Shown here: piece after piece, positions 28,052 to 42,760 of the stretch
How positions within the stretch are numbered: the stretch's first letter is position 1
Layout: each line of letters opens with the position of its first letter
DNA from: Eledone cirrhosa
Taxonomy: Eukaryota
Assembly (NCBI GenBank): GCA_964016885.1
Contig: OZ024740.1
Location: 138,818,001 to 138,882,000 of the forward strand
DNA: 64,000 nt
Reading direction: 5' to 3'
Notes under the pieces: model-generated
Database searches by the model: none
What the model was told of the DNA's origin: nothing
What the model saw: the letters and a program-made list of their open reading frames with translations, nothing else
Made by a program: the position numbers and the translations under genes

Positions 28052-30720
28052 AAATTTACTCTTTTCTATTGTTGTTGTTTCTCTTTCTCTCTCTCATTCT
28101 CCTTTTCTCTGTCTCACTCTCATCAAAATTCATGATTTATTCTAGACCAAACAGAAAAGATTCAAAGCATCTTACGTAAATATCATGACTGACACAACCG
28201 TGCCTGGACTATTAAACTCCCAGTGAATGGACTACACAGACTTTTAGACTAATTTGAAATGTAAGCTATATTTTTTAAATCAACATACAATTTTAACACT
28301 TATTTCATACCCTCTGTTTGTCTCTCAGAACTTCATGGTGGAAGTCATGCCAGTTACAATGTTAGCTTTGTTGAGAAAAGTAAAGAAATATGATCGATTT
28401 CACTAATTTCACGGCTTTTTAGAATTTCTTCAGAGACAAAATATCTATCGTCGGTCCACGGAGTGATTAGTAACTTATGTTGCGTACAAACAAGCACTCA
28501 GCTAAAGTTATCGAAAACCGAAAGCTGCAACGAGTAGCACTCTTCCGTTCACTGAGCTTGTCCGATTGAGGTTACCCTGTATAATAGACATGACCCCCTG
28601 GCAGTATTGCTATGGCCGTGAGCGTTTGCATTCCTCGGCAGCGGATGCGTTGGCCACAGGTCGTAGGCGGCACCGCCTAGCCGGCGCGTTGGATTCGGTC
28701 GCGGTATCGACATGAGCAAAGCGGAAATTTCCAGCCGAAATGAAGACGACAAGGAGGTGTGCAACACACGCCGCCACCGCCACCGCTGTTAAATCAGGAG
28801 AAATGACAGGATCAATGATCTTCATTATTTGAAAGCATTGAAAATAAAAACTTTCAAGTTATGTACTCTTATAGATAAAAACAAAAATAAAAATAAAACA
28901 ATGTTACACTTAAATGGTAGTTCAGTTCTTATCCCACCAAGGTCAAGTTTGTACTTCAACCCCTCGGAAATCAATAAATATAGTACCATTTCAGTACTAG
29001 GGTCAATTCTGTTATTTCTCTCTGCAATATGTCGGCTGTAGTTAGACCTGGAGAGGGACAGTCTACAACTGGTTTATATAGCCACATGCTTCCGACCACG
29101 TGTATTCCAATTGTTTGATCAACAGATAACCTGCTCGTGAATGGCTGACATTCCACAGACATGTGAACCCTTAACGCAAGTCTCGCTTTTTCCAGTTGAG
29201 TGGACTGGAACAACATGAAATAAAGTGTCTTGCTAAGAAAAACAACGCGCTACCAGTTATACTCACGACCATTATGGATATTACCAAGAAATGGTTATGC
29301 CGTGGCGGCGGCGTTACATCTCCGTTTCATGTTGGGGTCTTAAATAAGGTAGGAAAGACACTTGGTAACTAACCGATAAATACATACATACATGCAATCT
29401 GCTCCTTTTTACACTTAAGGTAGAAGGAAAGAGGAAAAACAAATTGGAAACATGGGCTGTCTTCAAATGTAAAATCTTGTCAGGATCAAATGATGATGCT
29501 AAACCAGGCCCGGTGATTGCAGAATTTAACTTCGCTAGCCATTGTTATTGTAGCTGATATTTTTTGTTGATTAGTTTAGGTCAGCCCTACTTGAGCAGAT
29601 ATACAATAATAAAGCATTCCATGCGCGACCAGTCCGTTTTTGCATATCTAGGACTACAATATCAGATTTATCTTTCCTTCTTTTCATCTAATATGTTTTA
29701 TGTATATCTGGAGACTCCGTTTGTGTAAATCTGTGTGATGGGATATATGTATATAACTGTATGGTGTAATTCTGTGCGAGTATGTATTTGTAAGTATATG
29801 TTATGGATAAGTATGAACATGTAAGTATGTTTCAGAAGTTTCTCTAAACAGGGTTCCCCCTCCTCTGCCAGAAAAAAAAAGACAACTTCAACACCAAAAT
29901 GTAGTTTCCACTTCTAATTCTCTTCCGCATAATAAATAACCTCGTTGCCATCCGGTGTCAAATAGGAAACGATGATTAACAAAGACATATCTTTTCGTTC
30001 CGTGTAACCCCGGAAACCCCAACACCTCACAAAAACCATTTTATATAATCTAATAAATATATTTGCTGGTACTTAATGACCCACACCGAGTGTAGATTGA
30101 TTGGGTTGTGGTTGCTGCTGCTATTGATGTTACTTTTGTTGTTGTTGTTCTTGTTTAGTTTTAGGTCAGCGTTGATCAAAAGTAGCCAAGCCATAAAATT
30201 CTTGTCTCTCTTTATTTTTGTTTGTTTTTCAGGCGTAGTGAATCTAGGACAGGGGTTCGTAACCTTTTGTGTTCCATGCCCCACCTCAACATCTCAAAAA
30301 TTACCCCCATCCCGATATGGAAACAGTGATTATCAGCTGCAAAGCGTAAACAAATTGGCGTATAGGAGGTGTTGAATGCTCAATAACGTGTGGAGGGTGT
30401 GAGACTGGAGTTTCCGACAGTAAAATGTACCAAAGTTGCCTTGGTATAAAAGTAAAAAGGTAAAACATGAAGTTTGTTCTCATTCACATAATTTTCAAAT
30501 TGTTCCCCTGTGGGGCATGCGCCCTATGTTGGGAATCACTGATCGAGGGCTACATAACCTAATGTACCCTTGTTTTTGTTTCTGTTTTAAGATGGTAGTG
30601 CAGAGCTTTCCAAACTTTTCACATTGGCGACAGTTTTCAACAGTTAAATCTTTTATGATACAGTAGATTTTGTTAATGACACAAAATTAACGAAATTATT
30701 AATAAACAATTATCTGTACA

Positions 30721-31008
30721 TCTATACATATATATAAAACTGTAGTTGTCTGCGTGTGTGTGTGTCCTCATTTTTGCAAAGTCTATACAAATCACATTTC
30801 TACTCCGATTGACTTCAAACTAACATTTATATCTTGCGGTCTAAAGATACTAGCTGCCGCCTTTATTTTTCAATTTTCTGTTGTTAAAGGGATGTTAGGC
30901 GCCGGTTATCGATCTCCGTCGAGCCCTTATAATATCTGTCTGTATGTCTGGCTCTCTGCATAACGACATTCTGACGAACACGTCATTGCTGACCTATTAT
31001 CCTCGCTA

Positions 31009-31082
<74 letters not shown>

Positions 31083-31922
31083 CATATATACTTATAGATA
31101 CATAATAATAATAATATTATTTATAGTTATGTATATAGTATAAACAACTATAAACAGGAAAGGTCAGTAATTCATTACTACCTTATTACCAGTAAGAAAA
31201 ATAGCTCAATGTAAATACACCAGATGTTTTACAGAGCAGGAATGTACATTACACAATAATCAAAGCTATGTTCAAATCATTTTATTACTGACAATCGTTT
31301 CTTCCAAACTTTCGTTTGGATTCATCGGAGCACTAGCAATGTTTGTACTTATAATTAACCACCTATTCAACTGAACAATCATATAGATACATGGATATTA
31401 ATGTTGTCAACAACAGTTTCGGATCTACAGAGTGGAATGGATGCGACATAGATTACAAGAGAATTGTACAATAATTAAAATTAAAAATTAAAAATTAAAA
31501 AGGCACAGAGTGGAATGCATGCGACAGAGATTACAAGGGAATAGTATAATAATTAAAGAGGCATTAAGGTAGAAAATTACTCGAAAAACGAGGACACTAA
31601 CAGTACATATGCAAGCGTATAGAGAGTGCAAATGCGTTAGGCATATACAGGAAGGAAACAAGCAATGGTACTAAGCATATGTAATTACTGCATGGCGAAG
31701 GAATCACATAAAATAACATAGGTTTACAAGCATATCAAGCAGGCAAAGATGTTTGTGTATTAAAATTATGAGTTTATGGTGGATGTAGTGTGATGATTGT
31801 TTCTGTAATGTTCAAATGTGTATGTGTTGAGAGTATCAATGTTATTGCTATCTGTTCCATTACATATATATACATATATATCTATAATGTATATACACAT
31901 ATATACATGTACACACACACAC

Positions 31923-31993
<71 letters not shown>

Positions 31994-32062
31994 CAAACAC
32001 ATATACACATATATATACACATATACATATATATAAATATGCACATAAAAGTATATGTATAT

Positions 32063-32096
<34 letters not shown>

Positions 32097-32107
32097 GCAT
32101 ACATACG

Positions 32108-32190
<83 letters not shown>

Positions 32191-32197
32191 CTGTATG

Positions 32198-32270
<73 letters not shown>

Positions 32271-32965
32271 ACATTGTAGGTCGCTTTAACCCGTCTTTTA
32301 TTATTCAAAAAACCTCTTGCCAATAAACATTAACCCTTTGTGCGCCATTCATCTAACTGTAGATCAGCACATCCCAAGTAAACGGAGCGTTACAAGAACG
32401 ATGGCGAATGAATCTTCGAGGTAGGCAGTTTCCTCCCGAGCTGTTAGTTCACGCGGGATTCTCTGCTACTCCTTTTCGTAATAATACCGAACAACGTTCT
32501 GCTGGTCACTCCTTCCTCCAAAAGCTGTACAAAGCGGACATGTGCATCGGGCAGATGGATCGGGTGCAAATCTACACCAGGCCTACGTGAGAAATTTGCA
32601 AGGGATAGAGAAAAAGAGTAACTTAGTGGAAAGAGTGCGAATGAACTTTTGGGGTAAGTAGCCTATGCCTTACTGCTATGACACTGGAACCTTCTGCCAA
32701 CTTAACCTGTGACTTTCTCTTTCACATTTACTCCAAAAGGCCAAAACAGGGGAGTATGAAAAGAAGGGGATCAACAATATTTCTATGAACAATGCACGTA
32801 GACAGCTAAACTGTACTTTCAACTTCTTAATTTTCTCCGAAATAAAACACGTTTCCTGTCGGCATATTTTCGTGAGTTTTTAACAGGCACTCACAAATAA
32901 ACGTTTCTCATTGGAGGTGCTATTACCAATGTTCTTACCCGTGCAACGCCGGGATACACTGCTAG
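30721..32965 (+). mobile_element. Helitron-like element expanded by nested insertions
   Basis: 5' TCTATACATATATATAAAACTG, 3' hairpin cccgtgcaacgccggg and CTAG, same termini as 10361-10693; linkage of the two ends is inferred. Confidence 0.6.
31286..31332 (-). ncRNA. minimal hammerhead, U4C variant
   Basis: ugcu-CCGAUGA-a-uccaaac(gaaa)guuugga-a-GAAA-cgauug-UC-agua then AAUAAA; paralogue of 4553-4597. Confidence 0.75.
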
Positions 32966-33207
32966 TATAACATATATGTCTCCAGTCAAGTGTCTAACTG
33001 TTCGTAGAGTTGCCAAATATCATAAATATACTTCACATTCAAATATTTGTAAAGATTAATAAATTTTGATAATTTCGTGTCACACTTAAAAATCATCGCC
33101 AACACACATTGCCACGACACAGTTTGAAAACCTCTGTGGTAATAAGGTGTGACAAAATGAAAATTTGACCGCTATTTGTAAAATGACGTGCGACCTCATT
33201 TGTGCGG

Positions 33208-33361
33208 CTTCGAGGATAGGGACAGAAATGAGATAAGGGTGACAGAGAGAACAGTAAGCTAAAGTAAAATGTGCGGCCTCATTTGTTGGCTTCGAGGATA
33301 GGGACAGAAATGAGATAAGGGTGACAGGGTGACAGAGAGAACAGTAAGCTAAAGTAAAATG
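33208..33361. repeat. ~80-bp direct duplication
   Basis: ggcttcgaggatagggacagaaatgagataagggtgacag...gctaaagtaaaatg twice. Confidence 0.85.
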
Positions 33362-33639
33362 AGAGAATAAGCGGAGTGGGAGGAGGTGATAAAAAGGAAA
33401 AAGAGGAGAAAAGTGGTTGTTGGCGAGGAGAGAGAGCTTTCACAGAAGCAGAGAAATATTGGGTCTATAGACAGAGGTTATGGGAGTAAAGGGTTGAAGA
33501 ACGCACAGTGAAAAATTAAAAATGCCTGGAATGTGTTAAAAAAGGGATGCGAGGGCAACAGGGTCTGTTATAAATAAAGTGTGCAAGGAACAGGAAAGGG
33601 AAAGAAATATTGATATAAATGAGGGGAGTGTAGTGTGAG

Positions 33640-33670
<31 letters not shown>

Positions 33671-34201
33671 ATCAGAAAAAGGGTGTGGAGAGCAGAGAAG
33701 GAGGAGGGGCAGAAAAATAGAAGGATTAGCAGAAAGCGAAGAGGATGGTGAGAAATAATTCTGGAAAAAGACAGAAAAGAATTGGAAAGAGCGGAAACAG
33801 ATGGGGAATGGCGGGAAATAGTAACAGAGGAGAAGTATCAGATAAAAAATTCGAGCAAGGAGCAGTGATTGTATGAAAGGAAGGGGGTTGGAATTGAGAA
33901 ATCGTGTGTAAAAAGTCGTTATATTCCGAAGGTGACCGAGTACAAGACAGAAAAACTAAGTGACCTTTATGTTTTCTATTTCCCACCTTCCTACACCAGG
34001 GAAGCACAGGACATTGAAGGAGCTTCTACAGGATCGCCTGATCTGCTAAAGATAGCAGTCAAACCTTGCTCGATTCACGCTCTGCCGTCGTGGGAAAAGT
34101 TAATGACACCTTGGATAACGTGGTTTTAGATACTTCTAAAAGGACAAGATGATGGTGTAGTTTTTAAATCACAACTAGTATGGATGAAAAGAAGTGAAAG
34201 C

Positions 34202-34288
<87 letters not shown>

Positions 34289-34869
34289 AGAGAGAGAGAG
34301 AAAGAGAAGGAGAGAGAAAGAGAGAGGTAGATAGAGGGGATAGTGGAAGAAAAAGGACAAAAAGGGTGAGAGAAAACGTTTCGAAGACTTCACAGAAGTT
34401 CAAAGTAATATACCTACTTTATGTTTCACCACTCTATAAGTATATTGGTCATTGTTAAGAGCCAATTTTCTTTAATGTGACAACTGAGAATCTAGAATGT
34501 TCTCTGAAAAATTCAAGCTAATTAATTACACTACAATAGGTGCAGGCGTGACTCTGGGCTTAAGAGGTTGGCTTCGTAACCATGTGGTTACGAGTTCATT
34601 CCCAATGTACAAAAGATTGGACGAGAATCTTCTACTATAACCCTGATGTGCGAGAGTGAGTGTGTGTACGTGTTCAAGATAGATAACTAACAACAAGAAT
34701 TTTCTTTGCCCGTTTTTTTTTTCTAGTCTCTTCAGTCTTCCATTTTCTTCTCTCTCATAAACATCTCATAAACAACCCTCATTCTCTCTTATTTTGCCTT
34801 CCGATGAAGGAAAAGCGTCCAGATCGTTAAGACGTTTTTGCCAAATATATCAAGCGTTGAAGTAATATT

Positions 34870-35085
34870 GGTTTCTTATATAGGCACAAGGCCAGCAATT
34901 TTTGGGGAGGGGAAAGTCGATTAAATCGACCCCAGTGCGTGACTGGTACTTTATTTTATCGACCCCGTAAGGATGAAAGGCAAAGTTAACCTTGGCGTAA
35001 TTTGAACTCAGATCATAAAGGGCCGTAACTCTTTGCTATAAAGCATGGCGTCCGACCCTCTACCTATACTGCCAATCCACCAGTT
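34870..35085 (-). mobile_element. full-length major SINE with 18-bp TSD
   Basis: aagcgttgaagtaatatt at 34852-34869 and 35086-35103. Confidence 0.9.
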
Positions 35086-35203
35086 AAGCGTTGAAGTAAT
35101 ATTACTATCATTCTATTACATTCTTCTCCAGTGTAGTTTTCCTTGTTGACTTTTCCTAAACAAATGCACACACACACACACACACACGCACACCGCACAC
35201 TCA

Positions 35204-35598
<395 letters not shown>

Positions 35599-35837
35599 TA
35601 ACATTAAAGTTTAAGCAAAGAATCGCTGCTTTCACCCTTAACGGGGTCTTCTGAAACTGAGTTAAGTTATTTTAATAAATATTTGCTCTAGGGTTCTTAT
35701 ATATTTGATATATATTTGTCCTTAACGAGTCTTCACATTTATTATTATTACTATATATATATATATATATATTAGAAAGTGAGGTTCTTTTTACAAAATG
35801 AAAAATAACCGGTGTCCTACACGAGTGAAAGTATTTG

Positions 35838-35883
<46 letters not shown>

Positions 35884-36297
35884 TTTTTTTCTATATATAT
35901 ATATATCGTGTATATATATATATATATATATATTTATACATATATAAAGTCAAGTGTTTATATTCTTTTTGTGGAAACAGACAGACGACATTGCCACCGA
36001 TCCAATCTCCATTAACAAGTTATTCTCTGTAAAATATCACACAGACCAAGTGATAACGTCTGAACAACTTGATTTAATTAACAATATATCAACAAACATG
36101 TTGATTACACCATATTGTTACGTAGCTTTGATTAAATAACATTGCAGATTGTCTGTCTGTGTGTGTCTTTCTCTGTGTTCTATGTTCTATAAGTATGCGT
36201 ATCGGTGTATGTGTCTATGTTGTTGTATGTAAGTATGTGCCTAGGTGTGTGGGTGTGTGTGTGAGTATATATATATATTTAAATATATACATCTCTC

Positions 36298-36443
<146 letters not shown>

Positions 36444-36490
36444 AATAACAGGAGGAGGCTGGACTGGTGTAAATCCTTGAAAGGTTTATT

Positions 36491-36548
36491 ATACTATAAT
36501 CGTTTCAATGACCGGGTTCCATATGCATCCGGTGATATCATCAGGTAT
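36491..36548 (-). ncRNA. minimal hammerhead
   Basis: auac-CUGAUGA-...accgg/ccggu...-GAAA-cgauua-UA-guau then AAUAAA; ~55 bp from (TA)n. Confidence 0.65.
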
Positions 36549-36558
36549 TTGAAATATA

Positions 36559-37545
36559 TGTTTCTTTTATTTGCCACCAGGGCATCAAAAGTGGGACAAA
36601 TACAAAGGGGGGAGTTTACACAAAAAGGCGTCCTCAATAAGGAGGAGGCAATAACAAAATATAAAAATAAAATAAAATAAAATATAACAAAAAATAAAAT
36701 TTGTAACAAAATCCTCAATAGAGAGGAGGCGCCTTGGGGGGTCGCACACACCCCCGAAAAAAGTGTGCAACCCTTTTCCTCAGGAGCACAGAGAGGGGGT
36801 GCTCCCTCGTTCCTTCCTCTTCTCCACCTACAGGCTTATGTAAAGAGAAGGCCCATTCGCACGGGCCATTCTCGCCACTTTCACCCACCTTTCATAAAAA
36901 TGACTGGGGTGGAGCACCTCTCTCTCCCTCCTGATCCTTCTTCCGAAATGATATCGGAAGAAACGGACCAGTTGTTGGCCAGAGAGAAAGGTGCCTAACC
37001 TCAGTCCTTTCAGACGCGTCCACCATACAACCTCTTTCGCCATGGCTATTACGCACAGAAACACCGCCTCTGCTTCATCTTTGAAGGGGGGAGGCGGCTT
37101 GATCATTACAATAGACTCGGTGGTCAACCGGATCGGCCCCACCCTTGACAGCAGTTGTTCGACATAGCCCCACAGATCGGCTACGCCCGAGCAGTGTACC
37201 AATGCGTGTGCAACGGTTTCCTCGTCGCACACGCATCTGGGACAGATCTTTTTGGCGGGGTCCCTACCCGGGCGCCCGTGTCTGTAGAGCCTTTCTCGAA
37301 CGGGTAAAGCCCCTCGGTAGCACTGCCAGGCCAGGGACTTCTGGAAGTTGTCCATAGGTCCCGGGCTGAATGTCCTACCGAACAGGCTGGCCAGTTCGTC
37401 CTCCTCCATGTCTAGGGCTTCTCCGAGTGCGTCGTCGCACCTGCTGCGTACCAGCCCTCTATAGAATGTTGCGGTGGAGTCTCCACTGATAACCGGATCC
37501 GCCTGCCAGAGGGCGGTGAGCGCCTGGGCACACTCAGTGTGCCAG
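36559..37545 (-). mobile_element. Tx1/L1-like LINE 3' fragment with 15-bp TSD
   Basis: open frame 36828-37545 with zf-RVT-type LAWQCYRGALPV...CPRC...ETVAHALVHC; AATAAA at 3' end; ggtatttgaaatata at 36544-36558 and 37546-37560. Confidence 0.85.
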
Positions 37546-37883
37546 GGTATTTGAAATATAACAAAGGAATATGTAAAAACCATGGGTCCGAAAAATCAGA
37601 GACAGAGAAGATGACTGACCAACTAGCTGTCTTCACCTCGGCCAGTCGCCCTCAAAGTGATGGCAACTCGATCTGCTAATGACCATCTGGTGAGGGGGCG
37701 AAGGCTTATAATGTACTACCACTCTCCGTCAAAGATTAAAAAATAAAAAAGGGGAAGAAAAAAAGAAAGAGAGAAGAAAAAAAGAAAGAAAGAAGTCAGC
37801 GTAAGGGTCATACTACAGTCAAGCTAGAAAACGCCACGAAAACCGTTATTCTAAAGAATCTATATTTTAACAAAAGCATATAT

Positions 37884-38062
37884 AATTGTTTCTACTTTAG
37901 GCACAAGGCCAGCAATTACCCAGTACATTACTGGTACTTTATTTTATCGACCCCGTAAGGATGAAAGGCAAAGTTAACCTCGGCGGGATTTGAACTCAGA
38001 CTGTAAAGGGACGTAACTATGCTAGAAAGCATGGCGTCCAACCCTCTACCGATACTGCCAAT
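37884..38062 (-). mobile_element. major SINE
   Basis: family consensus, reverse complement. Confidence 0.9.
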
Positions 38063-38654
38063 TGTGTCTGTATGGTCTAATGTGTGAACAGAAATTTGGA
38101 ACATTAAACTTATGTTACGAGTTATAGGATGAAATTAAATAAATAAAAAAATAAATTGAAAATTGGAAAATAAATAAAAAAATTATTTAATGAACTTACA
38201 GAGGAGAGTCTTATATGAAAAAGTTAATCTCGATAAGATATCAGGGTGAGATAAAGATTAAAGCCTTCGAATGTGTAACCCAGCCAGCACCTCCTAATCA
38301 CGTGTCAGCCAGTTTCGAGTGGTATCGTCCAGCGAGAGAAATGGAAATTAATTTTTCAGAGTACTCTAGGAACGTAGCTACACTAGGCCCCGGGTGTGCT
38401 AGCGGGATGTCTAAATTTCGACAGGCCATCGTCAATACCAAACGAATACTATTAATTCACACATGAGGGGTTTATTTACGTGCCAGTAGAGGCATGATAC
38501 AGCTAACAGTTACGCCTAAGCCTAGAGTTTCATAAGTATAATATGGCGGTCAAAACAGGCGGCGCAGCGGGCCCGGGGCAAGGCAAGTCGCTCCGAGTAA
38601 TTTCATTTATATATATATATCATCACCATCATTTACCGTCCATTTTTCCATGCT

Positions 38655-38699
<45 letters not shown>

Positions 38700-38735
38700 A
38701 GAGAGAGAGAGAGAGACAGAGAGAGAGAGAGGGAG

Positions 38736-38825
<90 letters not shown>

Positions 38826-39020
38826 AGACAGAGAGAGAAAGAGAGAGATTCTTACACACGCATACACACTTATATACATATATACATATGTGCGTGTTTG
38901 AAATTCAGAATTACGATTCAAAATTTGTTCAACTTATAAAATTTACTTTCCATATTGAATATTTCCCCCGCTTTTGAACACATTCACCAATCCAAACACA
39001 CAGACACACTCACAAACAGA

Positions 39021-39088
<68 letters not shown>

Positions 39089-39092
<4 letters not shown>

Positions 39093-39296
39093 AAAATGTT
39101 CAGGACCCCGACGGCAGACCTCATGCTGTTTCGACGGCTATTTCTAGACTATTTGAGTTCAGAAATAGACGTTGAAACGGCTTGAGCTCTGCCGTCTGGA
39201 CCCTGAACATTTTCCTATTAACCACTCTACTACCCAAAGTATCGAGTACTCTGGTGCGTTATGGTCCACCTGGTTCCTTACCACACTGCCTTCGTT
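39089..39296 (+). mobile_element. fold-back mini-element, family of 16328
   Basis: arms 39089-39145 / 39161-39217, ~80-bp tail; GAAA-cggc(uugagcucu)gccg-UC. Confidence 0.75.
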
Positions 39297-39328
39297 ATAT
39301 ACATATATAAATATATATATGTGTATGT

Positions 39329-39370
<42 letters not shown>

Positions 39371-39754
39371 ATATATATATACATACATAGACATAAGTAA
39401 AGTATATAGATATTTATATAATGTATATATAATACACACAGACAAACAAACACACACACACACACACAAATATATATATATATAAACGGAAAAAATGAAA
39501 CGAAATTTCATTTCTCACTCTTAGTACGGCTGTTACTTAAATATAAGTATGTATACGTACATACATATATGTATACAGACGTACAGTAGTATGTATATAT
39601 ATATATAAATATATACATGCACACATATATATATGTACGTATGGATTCACAGAACATGTATTATAATGCCCGGTGTGTTTGTAAACAAACATCCCGTATA
39701 AAGCCGCAGTGTCTAGCAACCACCGTTGTTCGTTTGTTCAACACTGACAAAGGA

Positions 39755-39797
39755 ACGCTGTACTAGTTTCAAGCTTATTAGCTATCGTCAGCAACGT
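39755..39797 (-). ncRNA. minimal type-I hammerhead
   Basis: acguug-CUGACGA-u-agcu(aaua)agcu-u-GAAA-CUAG-UA-cagcgu. Confidence 0.85.
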
Positions 39798-40020
39798 ATA
39801 CCTTCTTGCCAGATAGTTGAACGTCTGAAAGTATATACTTTCCTTATGCATATTAACGGCTGAGCAGCCTAATTTGCATATCGAGTGAGTTAATCGGCCG
39901 GGGTACCAAAAACGGTAAACGGAAAAAATGTAACGAAATTTCATTTCTCACTCTTAGTACGGCTGTTACTTAAATATAAGTATATACTTTCAGACGTTCA
40001 ACTATCTGTCAGGAAGGTAT

Positions 40021-40063
40021 ACGTTGCTGACGATAGCTAATAAGCTTGGAACTAGTACAGCGT
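40021..40063 (+). ncRNA. hammerhead copy with GAAA>GGAA core mutation
   Basis: identical to 40466-40508 except GGAA at 40048-40051. Confidence 0.7.
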
Positions 40064-40204
40064 TCCTTTGTCAGTGTTGAACAAATGAGCAGCGATGGTT
40101 GCTAGACACTGTACGGCTTAATTCGGGATGTTTGTTTACAAACAGACCGAGCATTATAATAAATGTTCGGTGAATCCATACGTACATATATATATGTGTG
40201 CATG

Positions 40205-40240
<36 letters not shown>

Positions 40241-40465
40241 CTACTGTACATATGTATACATATATCTATGTACGTATACATACTTATATTTAAGCAACAG
40301 CCGTACTAAGAGTGAGAAATGAAATTTCGTTTCATTTTTTCCGTTTATCGTTTTCGGTACCCCGGCCGATTAACTCACTCGATATGCAAATTAGGCTGCT
40401 CAGCCGTTAATATGCATAAGAAAAGTATATACTTTCAGACGTTCAACTATCTAGCAGGAAGGTAT

Positions 40466-40508
40466 ACGTTGCTGACGATAGCTAATAAGCTTGAAACTAG
40501 TACAGCGT
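40466..40508 (+). ncRNA. minimal type-I hammerhead
   Basis: 6-bp stem I, CUGACGA, 4-bp stem II, GAAA, palindromic CUAG, UA. Confidence 0.85.
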
Positions 40509-40709
40509 TCCTTTGTCAGTGTTGAACAAATGAGCAACGGTGGTTGCTAGACACTGTACGGCTTAATCCGGAATGTTTGTTTACAAACACACCGGGCATT
40601 ATAATAAATGTTCGGTGAATCCATACGTACATATATATATGTGTGCATGTATGTATATATATATATGTACATACTACTGTACGTCTGTATATATATATAT
40701 ATATAAAGT

Positions 40710-40747
<38 letters not shown>

Positions 40748-40811
40748 GATAGTGAGAGAGAGAGAGAGGGGGGGGGGGGAGAGAAAGAGAGAGATTCTTA
40801 CACACTTGACG

Positions 40812-40887
<76 letters not shown>

Positions 40888-41456
40888 ACAAATTTATTAA
40901 TAAACAATGAAATAAGTTACAAGATATGAAAGTTTAAACACAACAACAAGGAAACAAGAAAATAAACTAAAGATAAAATATGATAAAATAACATATACGC
41001 TAGAATAAGAAATACCACTGAACATTCCTTGAAACAGTTAGTGAAAAACATATGTGGTTTATTTTGTGACAGGGGTGAGTAGCAGATAATAAACCGGCAA
41101 TTTGTTATATGATGGTCTAATGATTAGCAGGAGAGAATTTGTTTTGTTTAAAGACAAGGGTTTGTTTAAAAACAAGGATTTGCTTCTTGATTTATTTTTT
41201 CGCTGATCTGAAAAATATATACCATTTATAGTTAAGTGCGCATTCTGTATATGTTCACTGAACTATACACTAAATACAACGTAGAAGATTTATTCTTGAC
41301 ATAATCAACCTTTAAGACCAACCCTACCTCCACATACCCTTTTAACAGCACTTCTAGCTTCTTTTCTACTTAGACCAACACACAACATAACTTCCACTCA
41401 ACACATACTGAATTTTACAGGAAACACTCACTTTCATACATCACTCTAACCATAGC

Positions 41457-41551
<95 letters not shown>

Positions 41552-41698
41552 TGTCTGTGTGTCTGTAAATATATATGTATATGCTCAAATCGTTCATATA
41601 TATATATATATTTATATATATTAATATTTATATATATATAAACATACATACATACATATATATATATATACACATGGTTCCTTACCACACTTCCTTCG

Positions 41699-41748
<50 letters not shown>

Positions 41749-42608
41749 TTTTTAACCTGTTAGTTTTTTCGTTGCTTTGGTATTGTGTGTTGGGTTTTGC
41801 CTACCACAATGTTCAATTTGTCAAGCTATTTAAACGTATGTTGTTACTCTAAGGACCTACCCTTATTGAGTTTTTTGCTAACTAATGATTCATATTGTAG
41901 GTCGACTTTTGCTTGCTCACAGCCACAGCTTCGATTTTACTAAGCTTCCACGTGTATATATATATATATACATATGAACGATTTGAGCTTTATTCTGTAA
42001 CAATGTATATAACAATAGATATACCGAAGGCCATTATAAATGTATTTATTTAGCTATAAGATATATATCGCTGGGGTCGATGATTAGATGGTGTGATTTC
42101 ACTAATCTAACGGCCCGAGTTCATCAGATAGCAATAGCAATATGTAAAACAAACAACTTGTAAGATTCCTTCTCCTTCTCTCTCATTATCACTCTCATTC
42201 GCCCCCCCCCCTCTCTCTCTCTTTGGCCTCAGAACCATCTCTCCTCTCATAAGCCCTTCATGGCAATATAAACATATGATATTGTATTACAATTCTCTCT
42301 TTTTTCTCCGCACATAAATTAATATGTGCGCGCGCGCGCGCGTGTGTGTGAGTGTGCGTATTTGTGTGCCCGTACGCCGTGTGTCTGCGCGAATATATTC
42401 GTGTATATATGCAGAGAGGGTGGAGCGAAGAAAAAAGAGAAAGAACACAATTGTAATAAAATATTGTATGTTTAAATTAGTATGAAGGGCTGTGTATATA
42501 GCTTGTGAAAGGAAGGGAAACGGTTTAAGGGCTGAAAGGCTGCAATTAGTTTGTTAGGTGAATGATTAGAGTTCGGTTTCAGATACCGAAGATATAGCAA
42601 TCGTACGC

Positions 42609-42651
<43 letters not shown>

Positions 42652-42721
42652 TGAGAGTCTACAGGACTAGAACTGTTTCATTCTTTAGAAATCATCATGA
42701 ATCTCAACCCGGAATAACGTA

Positions 42722-42756
<35 letters not shown>

Positions 42757-42760
<4 letters not shown>

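Larger units (their letters stand above)
39484..40690. mobile_element. retrozyme-like ~440-nt tandem unit: ~1.15 inverted copies plus ~1.6 direct copies
   Basis: period 445 on + (40021 vs 40466), ~433 on - (39484 vs 39917); strand switch at aagtat|atactt near 39982. Confidence 0.85.

Noticed and set aside
28440-28830. GC/CpG-rich patch as promoter or exon (similar patch at 38270-38600)
   Set aside because: No linked gene or recognisable ORF; more likely the interior of an unclassified transposon whose ends I could not define.
42060-42715. HHR-like motifs on - near 42090-42130 and 42670-42705 (also 19868 and 56075)
   Set aside because: Core mismatches or unpaired stems; possibly decayed copies but not supportable by eye.
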